Source of the DNA: an uncultured Actinomycetota bacterium
GTDB taxonomy: Bacteria > Actinomycetota > Humimicrobiia > Humimicrobiales > Humimicrobiaceae
Assembly (NCBI GenBank): GCA_964561115.1
Contig: CAZLOE010000002.1
Location: forward strand, 21,815-85,814
Reading direction: 5' to 3'
Length of the DNA: 64,000 bases
Under the pieces are notes generated by a model. That model saw nothing but the letters and a program-made list of their open reading frames with translations, searched no databases and had not been told where the DNA came from. How positions within the stretch are numbered: position 1 is the first letter of the stretch; the number at the start of each line of letters is the position of its first letter. The translations under genes and the position numbers were made by a program. Positions 38,765-48,940 of the stretch are shown piece by piece.

Positions 38765-39457
38765 CTATGCATTTTCCTGGCCGTATCTGCAGTATTCCAA
38801 AAGCCTGCAGGCGGGGCATTTCGGCTTTTTGGCCAGGCAGATAGTCCTTCCATGTGCTATTATCCTGTGTGAAAAAATACTCCAGCTGTTTTTGGGGACT
38901 ATTTTCATAAGGTCAAATTCAATCTTTACCGGATCCGAGTTTATGGTAAGACCAAGCCTGTTTGAGATCCTGAGTACATGGGTATCTACTATTATGGCCT
39001 GCACGCCAAATTTATTTGCCAGTACTACATTGGCAGTCTTTCTTCCTACACCCTGCAGAGAAGTAAGATCTTCAATATTATCGGGAGTCTTGCCCCCGAA
39101 TCTTGAGACTATATCCCTTGAACAGTTGATTATGCTTTTTGCCTTATTCCTGTAGAAACCTGTTGATCTTATATCTTCCTGAAGCTGGATTATATTTGCA
39201 CTGGCAAAATCCCCGGGTTTTTTGTATTTCTTAAAAAGCTTTGGTGTGACTTTGTTTACCAGTTTATCTGTGCTCTGTGCGGAAAGAATGGTGGCAATAA
39301 GAAGCTGAAAGGCATTTTTGTTCTTTAATGAAGTTGAATCGGCTTCAGGATATTCCTGATTTAAGATCCTGATTATTTTTTTTATGTTTTTTACCGCAGG
39401 TTCATATACGGCTCTGTAACTTCGGCCTTTTCTTTTATTTTTTCTTTTATATTTCAT
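38765..39457 (-). CDS. nth: Endonuclease III (HhH-GPD DNA glycosylase/AP lyase with [4Fe-4S] loop)
   Basis: HhH-GPD region (LTSLQGVGRKTANVVL) and cluster loop C-x6-C-x2-C-x5-C (CLAKKPKCPACRLLEYC). Confidence 0.85.
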   Translation of the reverse strand: MKYKRKNKRKGRSYRAVYEPAVKNIKKIIRILNQEYPEADSTSLKNKNAFQLLIATILSAQSTDKLVNKVTPKLFKKYKKPGDFASANIIQLQEDIRSTGFYRNKAKSIINCSRDIVSRFGGKTPDNIEDLTSLQGVGRKTANVVLANKFGVQAIIVDTHVLRISNRLGLTINSDPVKIEFDLMKIVPKNSWSIFSHRIIAHGRTICLAKKPKCPACRLLEYCRYGQENA

Positions 39458-39498
39458 ATTTCATCCTGATCATTCTGATATTATATTAACAGGTTCCG

Positions 39499-41220
39499 CT
39501 ATTTTGACCTTTTACTTTTTAAATATTTATCGATCTTTTCTGCTGCGTAAGTATTGGGTACATCTTCTTTTTCCAGCCAGCCTTTTCTGGCGATATTGAC
39601 TCCGAATCTGTAGTCATATAGATCCTTTAGGTTGTGCGCATCGGGATTTATAAAGATCTTTACTCCTTTTTCCTTTGCATACTTACACATCCTCCAGTCC
39701 AGGTCTAATCTAAATGGACTGGCATTAAGTTCAATATCCACATTGTTTTCTGCTGCTGCGTTTATCACTCTTATTATATCCACTTTATAAGCGTCCCTTG
39801 CCAGAAGAAGCCTTCCGGTAGGATGAGCTATCATGGTAGTAAATCTGTTTTCAATGGCTTTTATGATCCTCTCTGTCATTTGTTCTTCACTTAAGTTAAA
39901 ACTGGAGTGAATTGCGGCAATAATAAAGTCAAATCCGGACAGGATCTTATTGCTGTAATCAAGACTTCCGTCAAGAAGGATATCCGATTCTATTCCCTTA
40001 AATATTTTAAAGCCTGAGAATTTAAGGTTTAGCTTGTCTATTTCTTTAAAATATTGTTCTACATCTTCATTTTTCATTCCGCCTGCATATGAAGCGGTCT
40101 TACTGTGGTCACTTATTCCGGCATACATAAAACCTGATTTTATCAGCTGCTCGCAGACCTGCTCTATACTGCTTTTTCCATCGCTGTATGTGGTATGGAT
40201 GTGAAATATCCCTTTGATATCTTTTTCCTCTATCAGTTTTGGAAGAGTCTTGTTTTTTGCTGCCTCGATCTCCCCGAAGTTTTCCCTCAGTTCAGGTGGT
40301 ATCCAGTCCATTGAAAAGAATGCGAAGATGTCTTTTTCATCGCTGCATTTGATAAGACGGTCATTTTTAAAGAGACCATATTCATTCATTTTTATATTAT
40401 CTTTTTTAGCAGCCGTTCGCATAGCTGTATTATGTTCCTTGCTTCCCGTAAAATGATGAAGTGCATAGGGGTACTGAAAGTCTTCTACAGTCCTTATATC
40501 AACATTGATACCGGATTTCAGCCTGATACTCGATTTGGTGTCACCTTTTGCGATTATATCTTCCGCTTCATCCAGAGTGGTAAAAAAATCCATTACCTTT
40601 TCGGGATTATCTGTGCTTGCTACTATATCTATATCCTTTACTATTTCTTTTTTACGGCGCACACTTCCCGCGAGGCTTGCTCTTTTGACATATTTAAAGT
40701 TTTCTATTTTTTTATGTATTTTTTCGGCTTCTTCTATAACACCTGCAAAAAGGAATTTACCTTTAAATTTTTTTAACACTTCTATTCCTTTTAAGATATT
40801 TTCCTGGGTTTTTTTACCGAAATTGGGCAGATCTACAAGCCTGTTCTCTATGCAGGTGTATTCAAGCTCGCCGATGTTGCTAATACCAAGATTGTCAAAC
40901 AGGTATTTTATTTTTTTAGGCCCCATGGTTGGTATTGCGAGCATTTCGACCAGCCCGGGCGGTACGGATTCCTTAAGTTCTTCGTAATATTTGAGTCTTC
41001 CTGTGTAGATCAGTGTTTTTATCTTCTCTGCGATATGCGAACCTATTCCTTTTATGCCTTTAAGGTCCTCTATTTTGAAATCCTTGTTAAGCTCTATATC
41101 TGATGTTTCAAGGGCACGGGCTGAGTTCTGATATGCTCTTATTTTAAAGGGATTTTCATTTTTTAATTCCAGAAGGACACTTATTTCTTTTAAAGTTTTT
41201 ATTATTTCTTCTTTATCCAT
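39499..41220 (-). CDS. polX: DNA polymerase X family with C-terminal PHP 3'-phosphoesterase domain
   Basis: PolX N-terminus, HhH motifs, catalytic GSVRRKKEIVKDIDIV and PHP motifs (HIHTTYSDG). 573 aa. Its start overlaps the upstream DUF763 gene by 8 nt. Confidence 0.85.
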   Translation of the reverse strand: MDKEEIIKTLKEISVLLELKNENPFKIRAYQNSARALETSDIELNKDFKIEDLKGIKGIGSHIAEKIKTLIYTGRLKYYEELKESVPPGLVEMLAIPTMGPKKIKYLFDNLGISNIGELEYTCIENRLVDLPNFGKKTQENILKGIEVLKKFKGKFLFAGVIEEAEKIHKKIENFKYVKRASLAGSVRRKKEIVKDIDIVASTDNPEKVMDFFTTLDEAEDIIAKGDTKSSIRLKSGINVDIRTVEDFQYPYALHHFTGSKEHNTAMRTAAKKDNIKMNEYGLFKNDRLIKCSDEKDIFAFFSMDWIPPELRENFGEIEAAKNKTLPKLIEEKDIKGIFHIHTTYSDGKSSIEQVCEQLIKSGFMYAGISDHSKTASYAGGMKNEDVEQYFKEIDKLNLKFSGFKIFKGIESDILLDGSLDYSNKILSGFDFIIAAIHSSFNLSEEQMTERIIKAIENRFTTMIAHPTGRLLLARDAYKVDIIRVINAAAENNVDIELNASPFRLDLDWRMCKYAKEKGVKIFINPDAHNLKDLYDYRFGVNIARKGWLEKEDVPNTYAAEKIDKYLKSKRSK

Positions 41221-42307
41221 AGAAGTAAGAAAGCCTTTTTATTGCCTTTATTTTCTCTATTTTACCAATTTTACTATCTCTGACAGCTTTGTGTAAAATC
41301 TCAATCGAAAGGTCATAGTTTTCTCTGTCGACCGGATAGGGTATACCGTCTTTACCTCCGTGGGCAAAACTGAACCTTACCGGGTCTTTTATACTGTATT
41401 TTACTCCATATACCAGTTCTGAGATCAGGGCCAGTGCCCTTATAGTCTTTGGACCCACGCCCTGGAGTGAAAGAAGCCTCTCAAAATTTTCAGGCCTTCT
41501 TTGATAGGTGGAGGTAAATATCTTTCCCAGTCTTTTTAAGCTCATATCATCCAGTCTTATATAATGTCTTCTGGGAAGATTGTAAGTTTTTTGGTGGTAT
41601 TTTTTTATTTTTTTTAGATCTTCTATGATATTTTTTGGCTTTTCACAGGAAAGCAGGGTCACTGTTTTTCTTGCTTCATCACTTTCCGCAGCAGTAAGGT
41701 TTATTACCCTGTCTTTTTTATTACAGCATATGGCTTTATGCGGTTCACAGATATAGTCTTTAAGGCCTTCTGATGTCCAGTGGTATCTTCTTGCCATTCT
41801 GTTTTCTTCATTCATGCCCTGCTGTATTACAGACCAGGTGTTCCCGTCTTTGGTGAATATAAAGCAGTGGTGGTAAAGCTGATAACCGTCCTGAAGAGCG
41901 TTGCTGTCAACTTTTGCAATTATCCTGCTGCTGTATATCAGATCTTCAAAGTCCTTTCCCATAAGGTTTGCTGCATTTTCAATTTCAGCAGGAGTTTTTC
42001 TGGAAGTCCCTCCTTTACCGCCGGCTACAAAAAAGCCCAGATCTTTTTCCAGGCCTTTTATGGATTCCTTTATTGCTCCGCATACGGTAGTAGTGACACC
42101 ACTGGAGTGCCAGTCAAATCCCAGAACGCATCCGAACGCCTGAAACCACAGCGGGTCTGAAAGCCTACGGATTATCTCTAAGGTGCCGTATTCGGAAACA
42201 ATTATTGAGATTATCTCTCTGGATAGGCCTTTCATCCTGGAAAACAGCCAGTATGGCGCTTTACCTCCGTGCAGCGGAAGGTTTATTGTTCCTGTTCTCA
42301 TCGTCAA
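41213..42307 (-). CDS. DUF763 family protein with an HhH motif, translationally coupled to PolX
   Basis: LPLHGGKAPYWLF, FDWHSSGVTTT and a helix-hairpin-helix LSLQGVGPKTIRALALI. Function unknown. Confidence 0.55.
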   Translation of the reverse strand: MTMRTGTINLPLHGGKAPYWLFSRMKGLSREIISIIVSEYGTLEIIRRLSDPLWFQAFGCVLGFDWHSSGVTTTVCGAIKESIKGLEKDLGFFVAGGKGGTSRKTPAEIENAANLMGKDFEDLIYSSRIIAKVDSNALQDGYQLYHHCFIFTKDGNTWSVIQQGMNEENRMARRYHWTSEGLKDYICEPHKAICCNKKDRVINLTAAESDEARKTVTLLSCEKPKNIIEDLKKIKKYHQKTYNLPRRHYIRLDDMSLKRLGKIFTSTYQRRPENFERLLSLQGVGPKTIRALALISELVYGVKYSIKDPVRFSFAHGGKDGIPYPVDRENYDLSIEILHKAVRDSKIGKIEKIKAIKRLSYFYG

Positions 42308-42422
42308 AGACAGCTATTTTGCTTTTCAGAGATATATTAATATAGGTTTTGTATGTATTGTATACCAAAATAACTTGGGTTAGAATAATCAATAATGATG
42401 GAAAATCTTAGTTTATAAAAAG

Positions 42423-43916
42423 TTGAATAAAAAAAGGATATTTCCTAAAAGAAAAAACATGGCTGTGCTGGCTGCAGCTGTTGTTATTTTTTTTCTAGTA
42501 GCTGTTTATTCAGCCTGTTGCACGGCTGACGCGGGTTCATTATATGAAAGAGCTCCTGAAGTATCCGTAAGCAGATATTTGATAAAAAATCCAGATATTG
42601 ATGAATACCCTGAATCCGATAATGAAGGAATCCTTAAAATACTTGACCAGAATACCATGCTTATACCATTTTGGCCTGTAGCGCCGGCTTACGCCCAGCG
42701 TACGTCCTGTATGATTGAATTGATATCAGAGGGGTATGATATTATAGGGCTTCAGGAAGTCTTTGCCGGAAGCAGTCAGGATCAAATCATCTCAGCGTGG
42801 CATGATATGATTTACAGCGATATGAAAGATGGTTTAGTAGTAGGCTGGCAGTATGATTATTTTAATAACTGGTATAATTCTCTCGAAGAATCCGGGGAGA
42901 AAATGTGGCAGTCCCTGAACAGTGCCCTGGATGTGGAAACCCTGGCAAGAGAAGAGAGTTTTTGGGGAGTCGGGATAATAAACAGCAAGCCGAACGGTAA
43001 GGATGCAAGAATTGTCTGCAGCCCGTATTATGTAATGGGGCCCGACAGCGGCTGGCTGCCATTTCAGCAGGACGGGGGACTAGTGATACTGTCCAGGTAT
43101 CCAATAACTGCATGCAGTGCTTTTACTTTTAAAACCAGCAGCGGAACAGACAGGCTTGCAGGTAAGGGAGTGTTATATGCACGGATTCAGATAGGGCCGC
43201 TGGAAGGGGATTATATACATGTTTTTAACACTCATCTTCAGTCCCATGATTACCCGGAGGCCCGCCGCGAGAATATTGAAGAATTACTAAATTTTGTTGG
43301 TATGATCATTGGACCGGAAGGGGAAAACCACCGTCCGGTGATAATTATGGGAGACTTCAACGTCGCTTCAGATGTATCTGAAAACTGGATGGAGATTTCC
43401 GGTATAATATCACCACCGGATAATTACAATACAGAAGATGATCCTGAATTGATGGCCCTGCCTTCTGTAGAGTACGAGGAGTTTAGTGATAAAATCAAAG
43501 ATTTTGAAGAAATAGATACTGGGGGTAAATTATACCTTAAAGATTTATGGCTCAAATTAAAACCGGATGACCCAGGCTTTACCTGGATAGGTGGTGACTG
43601 GATCACAGGAGATGAAAATTCATATGGTAGTCTGGGAAACCGTGTTGCCGTTGAGAAAGGCAGGCCTCAGAGGATAGATTATATTTTCTATTTCGGGGGT
43701 TTTGGTGATGTAAATATAGAACCGAAAATTATTGATTTGGTACCGGAAGAACCTGAAATCCTGTATTGTTATGACAGTGAACTTTACGGGAATCCCTTAT
43801 CTTCAAGCAATGACTGCATGACGACTGGTAAAGAAAGTGACTGCTCGTTTAAAAGCTATACGGTATCGGATCATCTTGGTCTGGAGGCGTATTTTGATTT
43901 TAAAATCAAAGAGTGA
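42423..43916 (+). CDS. Secreted endonuclease/exonuclease/phosphatase (EEP) family protein (sphingomyelinase/nuclease-like)
   Basis: N-terminal signal-like helix. EEP motifs GLQEVF, GDFNV and SDHLG. Confidence 0.55.
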   Translation: MNKKRIFPKRKNMAVLAAAVVIFFLVAVYSACCTADAGSLYERAPEVSVSRYLIKNPDIDEYPESDNEGILKILDQNTMLIPFWPVAPAYAQRTSCMIELISEGYDIIGLQEVFAGSSQDQIISAWHDMIYSDMKDGLVVGWQYDYFNNWYNSLEESGEKMWQSLNSALDVETLAREESFWGVGIINSKPNGKDARIVCSPYYVMGPDSGWLPFQQDGGLVILSRYPITACSAFTFKTSSGTDRLAGKGVLYARIQIGPLEGDYIHVFNTHLQSHDYPEARRENIEELLNFVGMIIGPEGENHRPVIIMGDFNVASDVSENWMEISGIISPPDNYNTEDDPELMALPSVEYEEFSDKIKDFEEIDTGGKLYLKDLWLKLKPDDPGFTWIGGDWITGDENSYGSLGNRVAVEKGRPQRIDYIFYFGGFGDVNIEPKIIDLVPEEPEILYCYDSELYGNPLSSSNDCMTTGKESDCSFKSYTVSDHLGLEAYFDFKIKE

Positions 43917-43949
43917 TAAAAATATTTACATATAGAGGAGGCAGTTAGG

Positions 43950-44804
43950 ATGGTAAAAAGGAAAATTATAGAAATTGATGAGGATAAATGTATAGGTTGC
44001 GAAACGTGTGTGACAAGTTGTCCGCAGGGGGCACTTCAGATAATGGACGATAAAGCCAGTTTGATTAGCGAGCTTTTATGTGACGGTCTGGGCATATGTA
44101 TGGAAGAATGCTCTGAGGAAGCAATATCAGTTGTGGAAAGGGAAGCGGAAAAATATGATGAAAAAAAAGTTATGGAAAATATTGCAGATAAAGGTGGAAA
44201 TGTCATAAAAGTACACCTTGAACATCTAAAGGGGCATGATCAAACAGAATATTACAGGCTGGCATCTGAGTATCTTAAAGAGAAAGGAATTAAAAATCCA
44301 GAAGAATCCGAAGAAGAATCTGTCGTAGGCAGGCAGCCGGGACCGCATCCCGAGTGTCCGGGTTTAAAAGTTCTTGAAAGGTTGGAGGAGAAAGAAGAGA
44401 CAGCTATCAGCAGTCCGGAAAAAAAGACTGGTACAAAGGTCAGTCAATGGCCGATCCAGATAATGCTTGTGCCTGAAAATGCTCCCTTTTTTAATGATTC
44501 GGATTTACTGATCAGTGCCGATTGTGTACCATTTTCTTACACTGACTTTCATAATGATTTTCTTAAGGGAAAAATTCTTCTTATCGGATGCCCGAAATTT
44601 AACGATGCTGTTTTATATAGGGACAAGATCTCTGAGATAATTAAAAATAACAGTATAAATTCAATCACTGTGATTTATATGGAAGTCCCCTCCTGCTTTA
44701 GTCTGGTCAAACTGGTTAAGGACTCAGTAAAGATTTCGGGAAAAAATATGCCGATAAAAACTATAGAGATAGGTATAAATGGTGATATAAAAAGCAAAAA
44801 ATAG
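43950..44804 (+). CDS. 4Fe-4S dicluster ferredoxin-domain protein with a Cys-containing C-terminal domain of unknown function
   Basis: CIGCETCVTSCP and CDGLGICMEEC N-terminally. The C-terminal half carries conserved Cys (CPGL, CVPF, GCPKF, PSC). Confidence 0.45.
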   Translation: MVKRKIIEIDEDKCIGCETCVTSCPQGALQIMDDKASLISELLCDGLGICMEECSEEAISVVEREAEKYDEKKVMENIADKGGNVIKVHLEHLKGHDQTEYYRLASEYLKEKGIKNPEESEEESVVGRQPGPHPECPGLKVLERLEEKEETAISSPEKKTGTKVSQWPIQIMLVPENAPFFNDSDLLISADCVPFSYTDFHNDFLKGKILLIGCPKFNDAVLYRDKISEIIKNNSINSITVIYMEVPSCFSLVKLVKDSVKISGKNMPIKTIEIGINGDIKSKK

Positions 44805-44815
44805 GCTGTTTTTTT

Positions 44816-45478
44816 CTACTTTCTTGTCAGAGGTACAAAAGCTACATCACATATATGTATTTTTTTTATTTTACTGCCTTTTTTTATTACTTTGTAAAGT
44901 ATCTGATTCCAGCTTGATGGGCCCACAGGTATTACCATAATGCCGCCGTCTTTTAGCTGCTCGATAAATTGTTGAGGTATATGATCTGGTGCAGCTGTCA
45001 CCATTATTCTGTCATATGGTGAATATTTTTCCCATCCAAGGTAACCGTCGTGATTACTTACTTTTATATTTTTATATTTTTTCAGCAGTTCCTTGTTCTT
45101 CTGGTAAAGAGAGGTGACTATTTCTACGGTGTAGACCTCCCTTGATATTTCTGCAAGGATAGCTACCTGATAGCCAGAGCCGGTACCGATTTCAAGGACT
45201 TTTTCATTTCCGGACAGATCCAGGCTTTCAGTCATAAGTGCGACTATATAGGGCTGTGATATCGTCTGTCCGTGTCCGATGGGAAGAGGTCTGTCATCGT
45301 AAGCAGAATTTTTATATGATTCATCTACAAAAATATGCCTGGGCACTTTTCTTAAGGCATCAAGAACTTTTTTGTCTTTGATCCCACGGGATATTATCTG
45401 GTTCTGAATCATATTTTCTCTAAGAGATTGATATTTTTGATCGTTCATGAGGGCAGAATTATTATTTGGGCTTTTCAT
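44816..45478 (-). CDS. pcm: Protein-L-isoaspartate O-methyltransferase
   Basis: TISQPYIVALM and VLEIGTGSGYQ motifs. Confidence 0.85.
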   Translation of the reverse strand: MKSPNNNSALMNDQKYQSLRENMIQNQIISRGIKDKKVLDALRKVPRHIFVDESYKNSAYDDRPLPIGHGQTISQPYIVALMTESLDLSGNEKVLEIGTGSGYQVAILAEISREVYTVEIVTSLYQKNKELLKKYKNIKVSNHDGYLGWEKYSPYDRIMVTAAPDHIPQQFIEQLKDGGIMVIPVGPSSWNQILYKVIKKGSKIKKIHICDVAFVPLTRK

Positions 45479-45557
45479 AAATTGTATTATTTTATAATAT
45501 AATAACCTGTTTTAGGTATTTCTAATAAATAATTATAGCATATAAAAATATTCTAAG

Positions 45558-47375
45558 ATGATTAATTTAAAGCTGGCAAATATCCTTATAGATATTGCAG
45601 AGATTTTAAGAGCTGACTCGAAAGACAAAGACATCTCATTAAAACTCATAATAGCATCAAGGACGCTCCGAGACGGTCCGGAGTTAATCGATAAAATCAA
45701 AGCAGGTGAAAAACTCGAAAAACTGCCAGGTATGGAAGAGCCGGCCTGCTCGTTGATAAAGGAATATCTGGATACGGGAAGGGTCCGGCTATATGAGAAA
45801 ATAAGGTCTGGATACACTGAAGAGATGATAAGGTTTATAAGAATAAGCGGTCTCGGTAAAAAAAGGATATTTGCCATCTATGAAAATTTTAATATAAAAA
45901 GTCTGGTAGAGCTAAAAGACAGGCTGACTGACACTAAAAGTTTTACTGATTTTTTACCTAAAACAGAATTATTTAAGGAAAGAGACAGTGATTTTTATAT
46001 AAAGAGATTAAGGACATCACTGGACTATATGGAAGGTATAAAGGACAGGTTTTCAAGATGGCCGGTCGAGTTCTATCTTAAAAGGATAAATAACAGTCTC
46101 GGTAAAATAAAAGATATTGCTGGTGCAGCGGTTGTGGGCTCACTGAGAAGAAAGAAACCTTCGGTTCGGGATATTGATTTTCTTGTCCTTCCTTATTTTA
46201 ATGACGACGGGTATGATTTTACCAGGAGCGAGGGACTGCTTGAAAATATAAGGTCTCTTGATTTTATAAAAAAACTCACCAAAAAAGATCTAAGAAAAGA
46301 TAATATAAGCGCTGCCTTTGAAACTGTCTTTGGGATAGAGATTGAATTTATTATAAGCAGCTTCAAAAGTTGGGCTGTTGATTTGCTGTATACTACAGGA
46401 AGCAAAAAACATCTAAAAAAATTGGAAGGATTGGCAGCCAGGAAGGGATATTTTGAAAAATCAAAGATAGCAGTAAATGTTCCTGTAAGTGCCGGAAAGG
46501 TTAGGAAAAAAGGGAGTTTTCAGAATGATCTTAATGATTATGAGCAAAAAATCTACAGCAAGCTTGGTTTGCAGTATATACCTCCGGAACTCAGGGAAGA
46601 CCGGGGGGAAATAGAAGCGGCATCAAAAAGCATGCTTCCGACTCTGGTCAGTATGAAAGATATAAAAGGTGACCTGCATGTTCATTCCACCTGGAGTGAT
46701 GGTCTTATAGGTTTAGATGACATGGTCAAAAGAATAAAAAAGTACGGTTATGAATATCTGGCAATGTCGGACCATTCGGAAAGCAATTTTTACGGCAGAG
46801 GCCTGGATGAAGAAAAGATAAAGGAAAAAACAGAATATGTCCGCAGCCTAAAATCAAAACAGCGCGACTATGAGATTCTTATGGGTTCGGAAATAGACAT
46901 TAGAAAAGCAGGTAAATTGGATTATCCTGATGATATTATAAGGAAGCTGGATATTGCTATAGGTTCGCTTCATTCATCTTTTTTAAATACAGAAGCTGAA
47001 AACACGGCCAGAAGCATAAGTGCTGTAGAGAATAAATATATTGATTTTATCGCCCATCCTACAGGTAAGGTGTTTGGCGACCGGGCGCCTTATTTTATTG
47101 ATATTGACAGGCTGATATCGGCAGCAGCTGAAAAAGGAAAAGCTCTGGAAATAAATTCCTATTTTCTAAGGCTGGATCTTAGCGAAGAGAACGCTAGAAA
47201 AGTAAGAGATATGAACGGTAGGGTAGTCATAAACACAGATACCCACCGCCCCAATAATCTGGATATGATAAAGCTTGGGGTAGACATTGCCAGAAGGGCG
47301 GGACTTGAAAAAAAAGATGTTTTAAACACACTCACGCTTAAAGAGCTTAGGGCCTGGAAGAGGGAAAGAAAATAA
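45558..47375 (+). CDS. Second, divergent PolX-family polymerase with a PHP domain
   Basis: GSLRRKKPSVRDIDFLV catalytic block. PHP motifs (LHVHSTWSDG, AMSDHS, TDTH). 605 aa. The region aligning to the third catalytic carboxylate reads IEIEF instead of VDIR. Confidence 0.7.
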   Translation: MINLKLANILIDIAEILRADSKDKDISLKLIIASRTLRDGPELIDKIKAGEKLEKLPGMEEPACSLIKEYLDTGRVRLYEKIRSGYTEEMIRFIRISGLGKKRIFAIYENFNIKSLVELKDRLTDTKSFTDFLPKTELFKERDSDFYIKRLRTSLDYMEGIKDRFSRWPVEFYLKRINNSLGKIKDIAGAAVVGSLRRKKPSVRDIDFLVLPYFNDDGYDFTRSEGLLENIRSLDFIKKLTKKDLRKDNISAAFETVFGIEIEFIISSFKSWAVDLLYTTGSKKHLKKLEGLAARKGYFEKSKIAVNVPVSAGKVRKKGSFQNDLNDYEQKIYSKLGLQYIPPELREDRGEIEAASKSMLPTLVSMKDIKGDLHVHSTWSDGLIGLDDMVKRIKKYGYEYLAMSDHSESNFYGRGLDEEKIKEKTEYVRSLKSKQRDYEILMGSEIDIRKAGKLDYPDDIIRKLDIAIGSLHSSFLNTEAENTARSISAVENKYIDFIAHPTGKVFGDRAPYFIDIDRLISAAAEKGKALEINSYFLRLDLSEENARKVRDMNGRVVINTDTHRPNNLDMIKLGVDIARRAGLEKKDVLNTLTLKELRAWKRERK

Positions 47376-47378
47376 CCG

Positions 47379-48332
47379 CTATTTTTTATAATATTTAAAT
47401 ATGTCTTTGTCTTTAAAATCAGGCATAAAAAGGTTTTCTTTACCTTCCAGTGATATATGATCCTGGGTCCATCCGAAGCTGAACCCCTTTTTTTCGGCAT
47501 ATCTTACTATTTCCAGATATTCTTTAGCAGTGATACTTCTGCTTAATTTCGGATAATCAAATGCATTATAGGTCGGATGATACTGAGCCATAATGCTTAA
47601 GTAAACATCTGTGGATAGTTCAGATTTAATAAAATCAAGGGTCTCTTTTATTCCACCTATGTCATAGGGTAAAACAAGGAGTCTTATAAGCAGTCCTTTT
47701 GCAGCTACACCGTGGGAATCAAGTTTTAATCCTCCCACCTGTCTGTACATCTCTTTGACTGACTGCCGGTTGTACTGTACATAATCTTCGACCATTGAAT
47801 ACTTTTTAGCCATATGGTCGCTGCTGTATCTCATATCAGGCATATAAATATCAATTATACCGTTCAGCATTTTTATTATCCTGGGACTGTCGTAACCACC
47901 AGTGTTAAACACTGTAGGGACTGTAAGCCCCTTGTTTCTGGCAGCAGATAGGGCTTTTACTATCTGGGGTATCCATATGGTAGGAGAAACAAAATTAATG
48001 TTATGGCAGCCCAGATTTTGCAGCATTAACATGCTGTCTGCCAGCCTGTTTATACTGGTTTTTACTCCTTCATGTTCCTGGCTTATCTGGTAGTTCTGGC
48101 AGTATACGCATTTCATGTTGCAGTAAGAAAAGAATATAGTTCCTGAACCGCTACTTCCTGAAATAGGAGGCTCCTCCCCATGATGGGGCATTGAAGATGA
48201 TATTACTGGTTCAAAGCCTGCCCCGCAGAAACCTTTCTCGCCGATTTTTCTGCTGACCCTACAACTGTGCGGGCATATCACACATTTATTCAACATCTTA
48301 TATAATGATTTTTCAATTTCTAAGAGTTCCAT
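47379..48332 (-). CDS. Radical SAM protein, PflX-like (pyruvate formate-lyase activase homolog)
   Basis: N-terminal Cys cluster CVICPHSC and CNMKCVYC (CxxxCxxC). 317 aa. Confidence 0.5.
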   Translation of the reverse strand: MELLEIEKSLYKMLNKCVICPHSCRVSRKIGEKGFCGAGFEPVISSSMPHHGEEPPISGSSGSGTIFFSYCNMKCVYCQNYQISQEHEGVKTSINRLADSMLMLQNLGCHNINFVSPTIWIPQIVKALSAARNKGLTVPTVFNTGGYDSPRIIKMLNGIIDIYMPDMRYSSDHMAKKYSMVEDYVQYNRQSVKEMYRQVGGLKLDSHGVAAKGLLIRLLVLPYDIGGIKETLDFIKSELSTDVYLSIMAQYHPTYNAFDYPKLSRSITAKEYLEIVRYAEKKGFSFGWTQDHISLEGKENLFMPDFKDKDIFKYYKK

Positions 48333-48373
48333 ATCAAATCATATCAAGCTGACAGGATTACCATATAATAAAT

Positions 48374-48715
48374 CTAATTCTTTTTGAATGGTTTTTTTCT
48401 CTCGGCTACTTTTAGTTCATCCTTGCTGGCAAGATTTTTGATATAATCAAGTGTGGTATCGATAAGGTAGGGATTTTTTTTAAGAAGTTTATTGATCTTA
48501 TAAATCCTGTATTCCAGAAAATATTCAGGGGGTATGCCAAGCCCTTGGGAAATCAGTTGTATGGTTGAAATGGGAGGACAGTTTTTTCTTTTTTTTAATT
48601 TGCTGAAATAACTATAGTTAAGATTTGTTTTTTTACCCAGGCTTCTGAGTTTTATTTTCTTTTTTTCTATTATCTCTTTTAGGGCCGTACCAAAATTTTT
48701 ACTGGAATAAATCAT
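48374..48715 (-). CDS. HTH (XRE-like) transcriptional regulator
   Basis: 113 aa with a helix-turn-helix-like LKEIIEKKKIKLRSLGKKTNLNYSYFSKL block. Confidence 0.45.
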   Translation of the reverse strand: MIYSSKNFGTALKEIIEKKKIKLRSLGKKTNLNYSYFSKLKKRKNCPPISTIQLISQGLGIPPEYFLEYRIYKINKLLKKNPYLIDTTLDYIKNLASKDELKVAERKKPFKKN

Positions 48716-48940
48716 AAAGTGTATAACAATTTCAAATTTTTATTGGACTAATAATATATTATTAAGGTGATTTCTATAAGTTTTTTGATTAATATTTAGT
48801 TGACAATTTTATCAAAATATCGATAAAAAGCGAAGTCGTGTAGAATTAAAATATACTAAAAAAAAGGGTTTCTTTAATGAATTATTAATATATTTAGGTT
48901 ATAATTAACAAAAGCAAATTTAAGGAATAGCACAGAAAAA

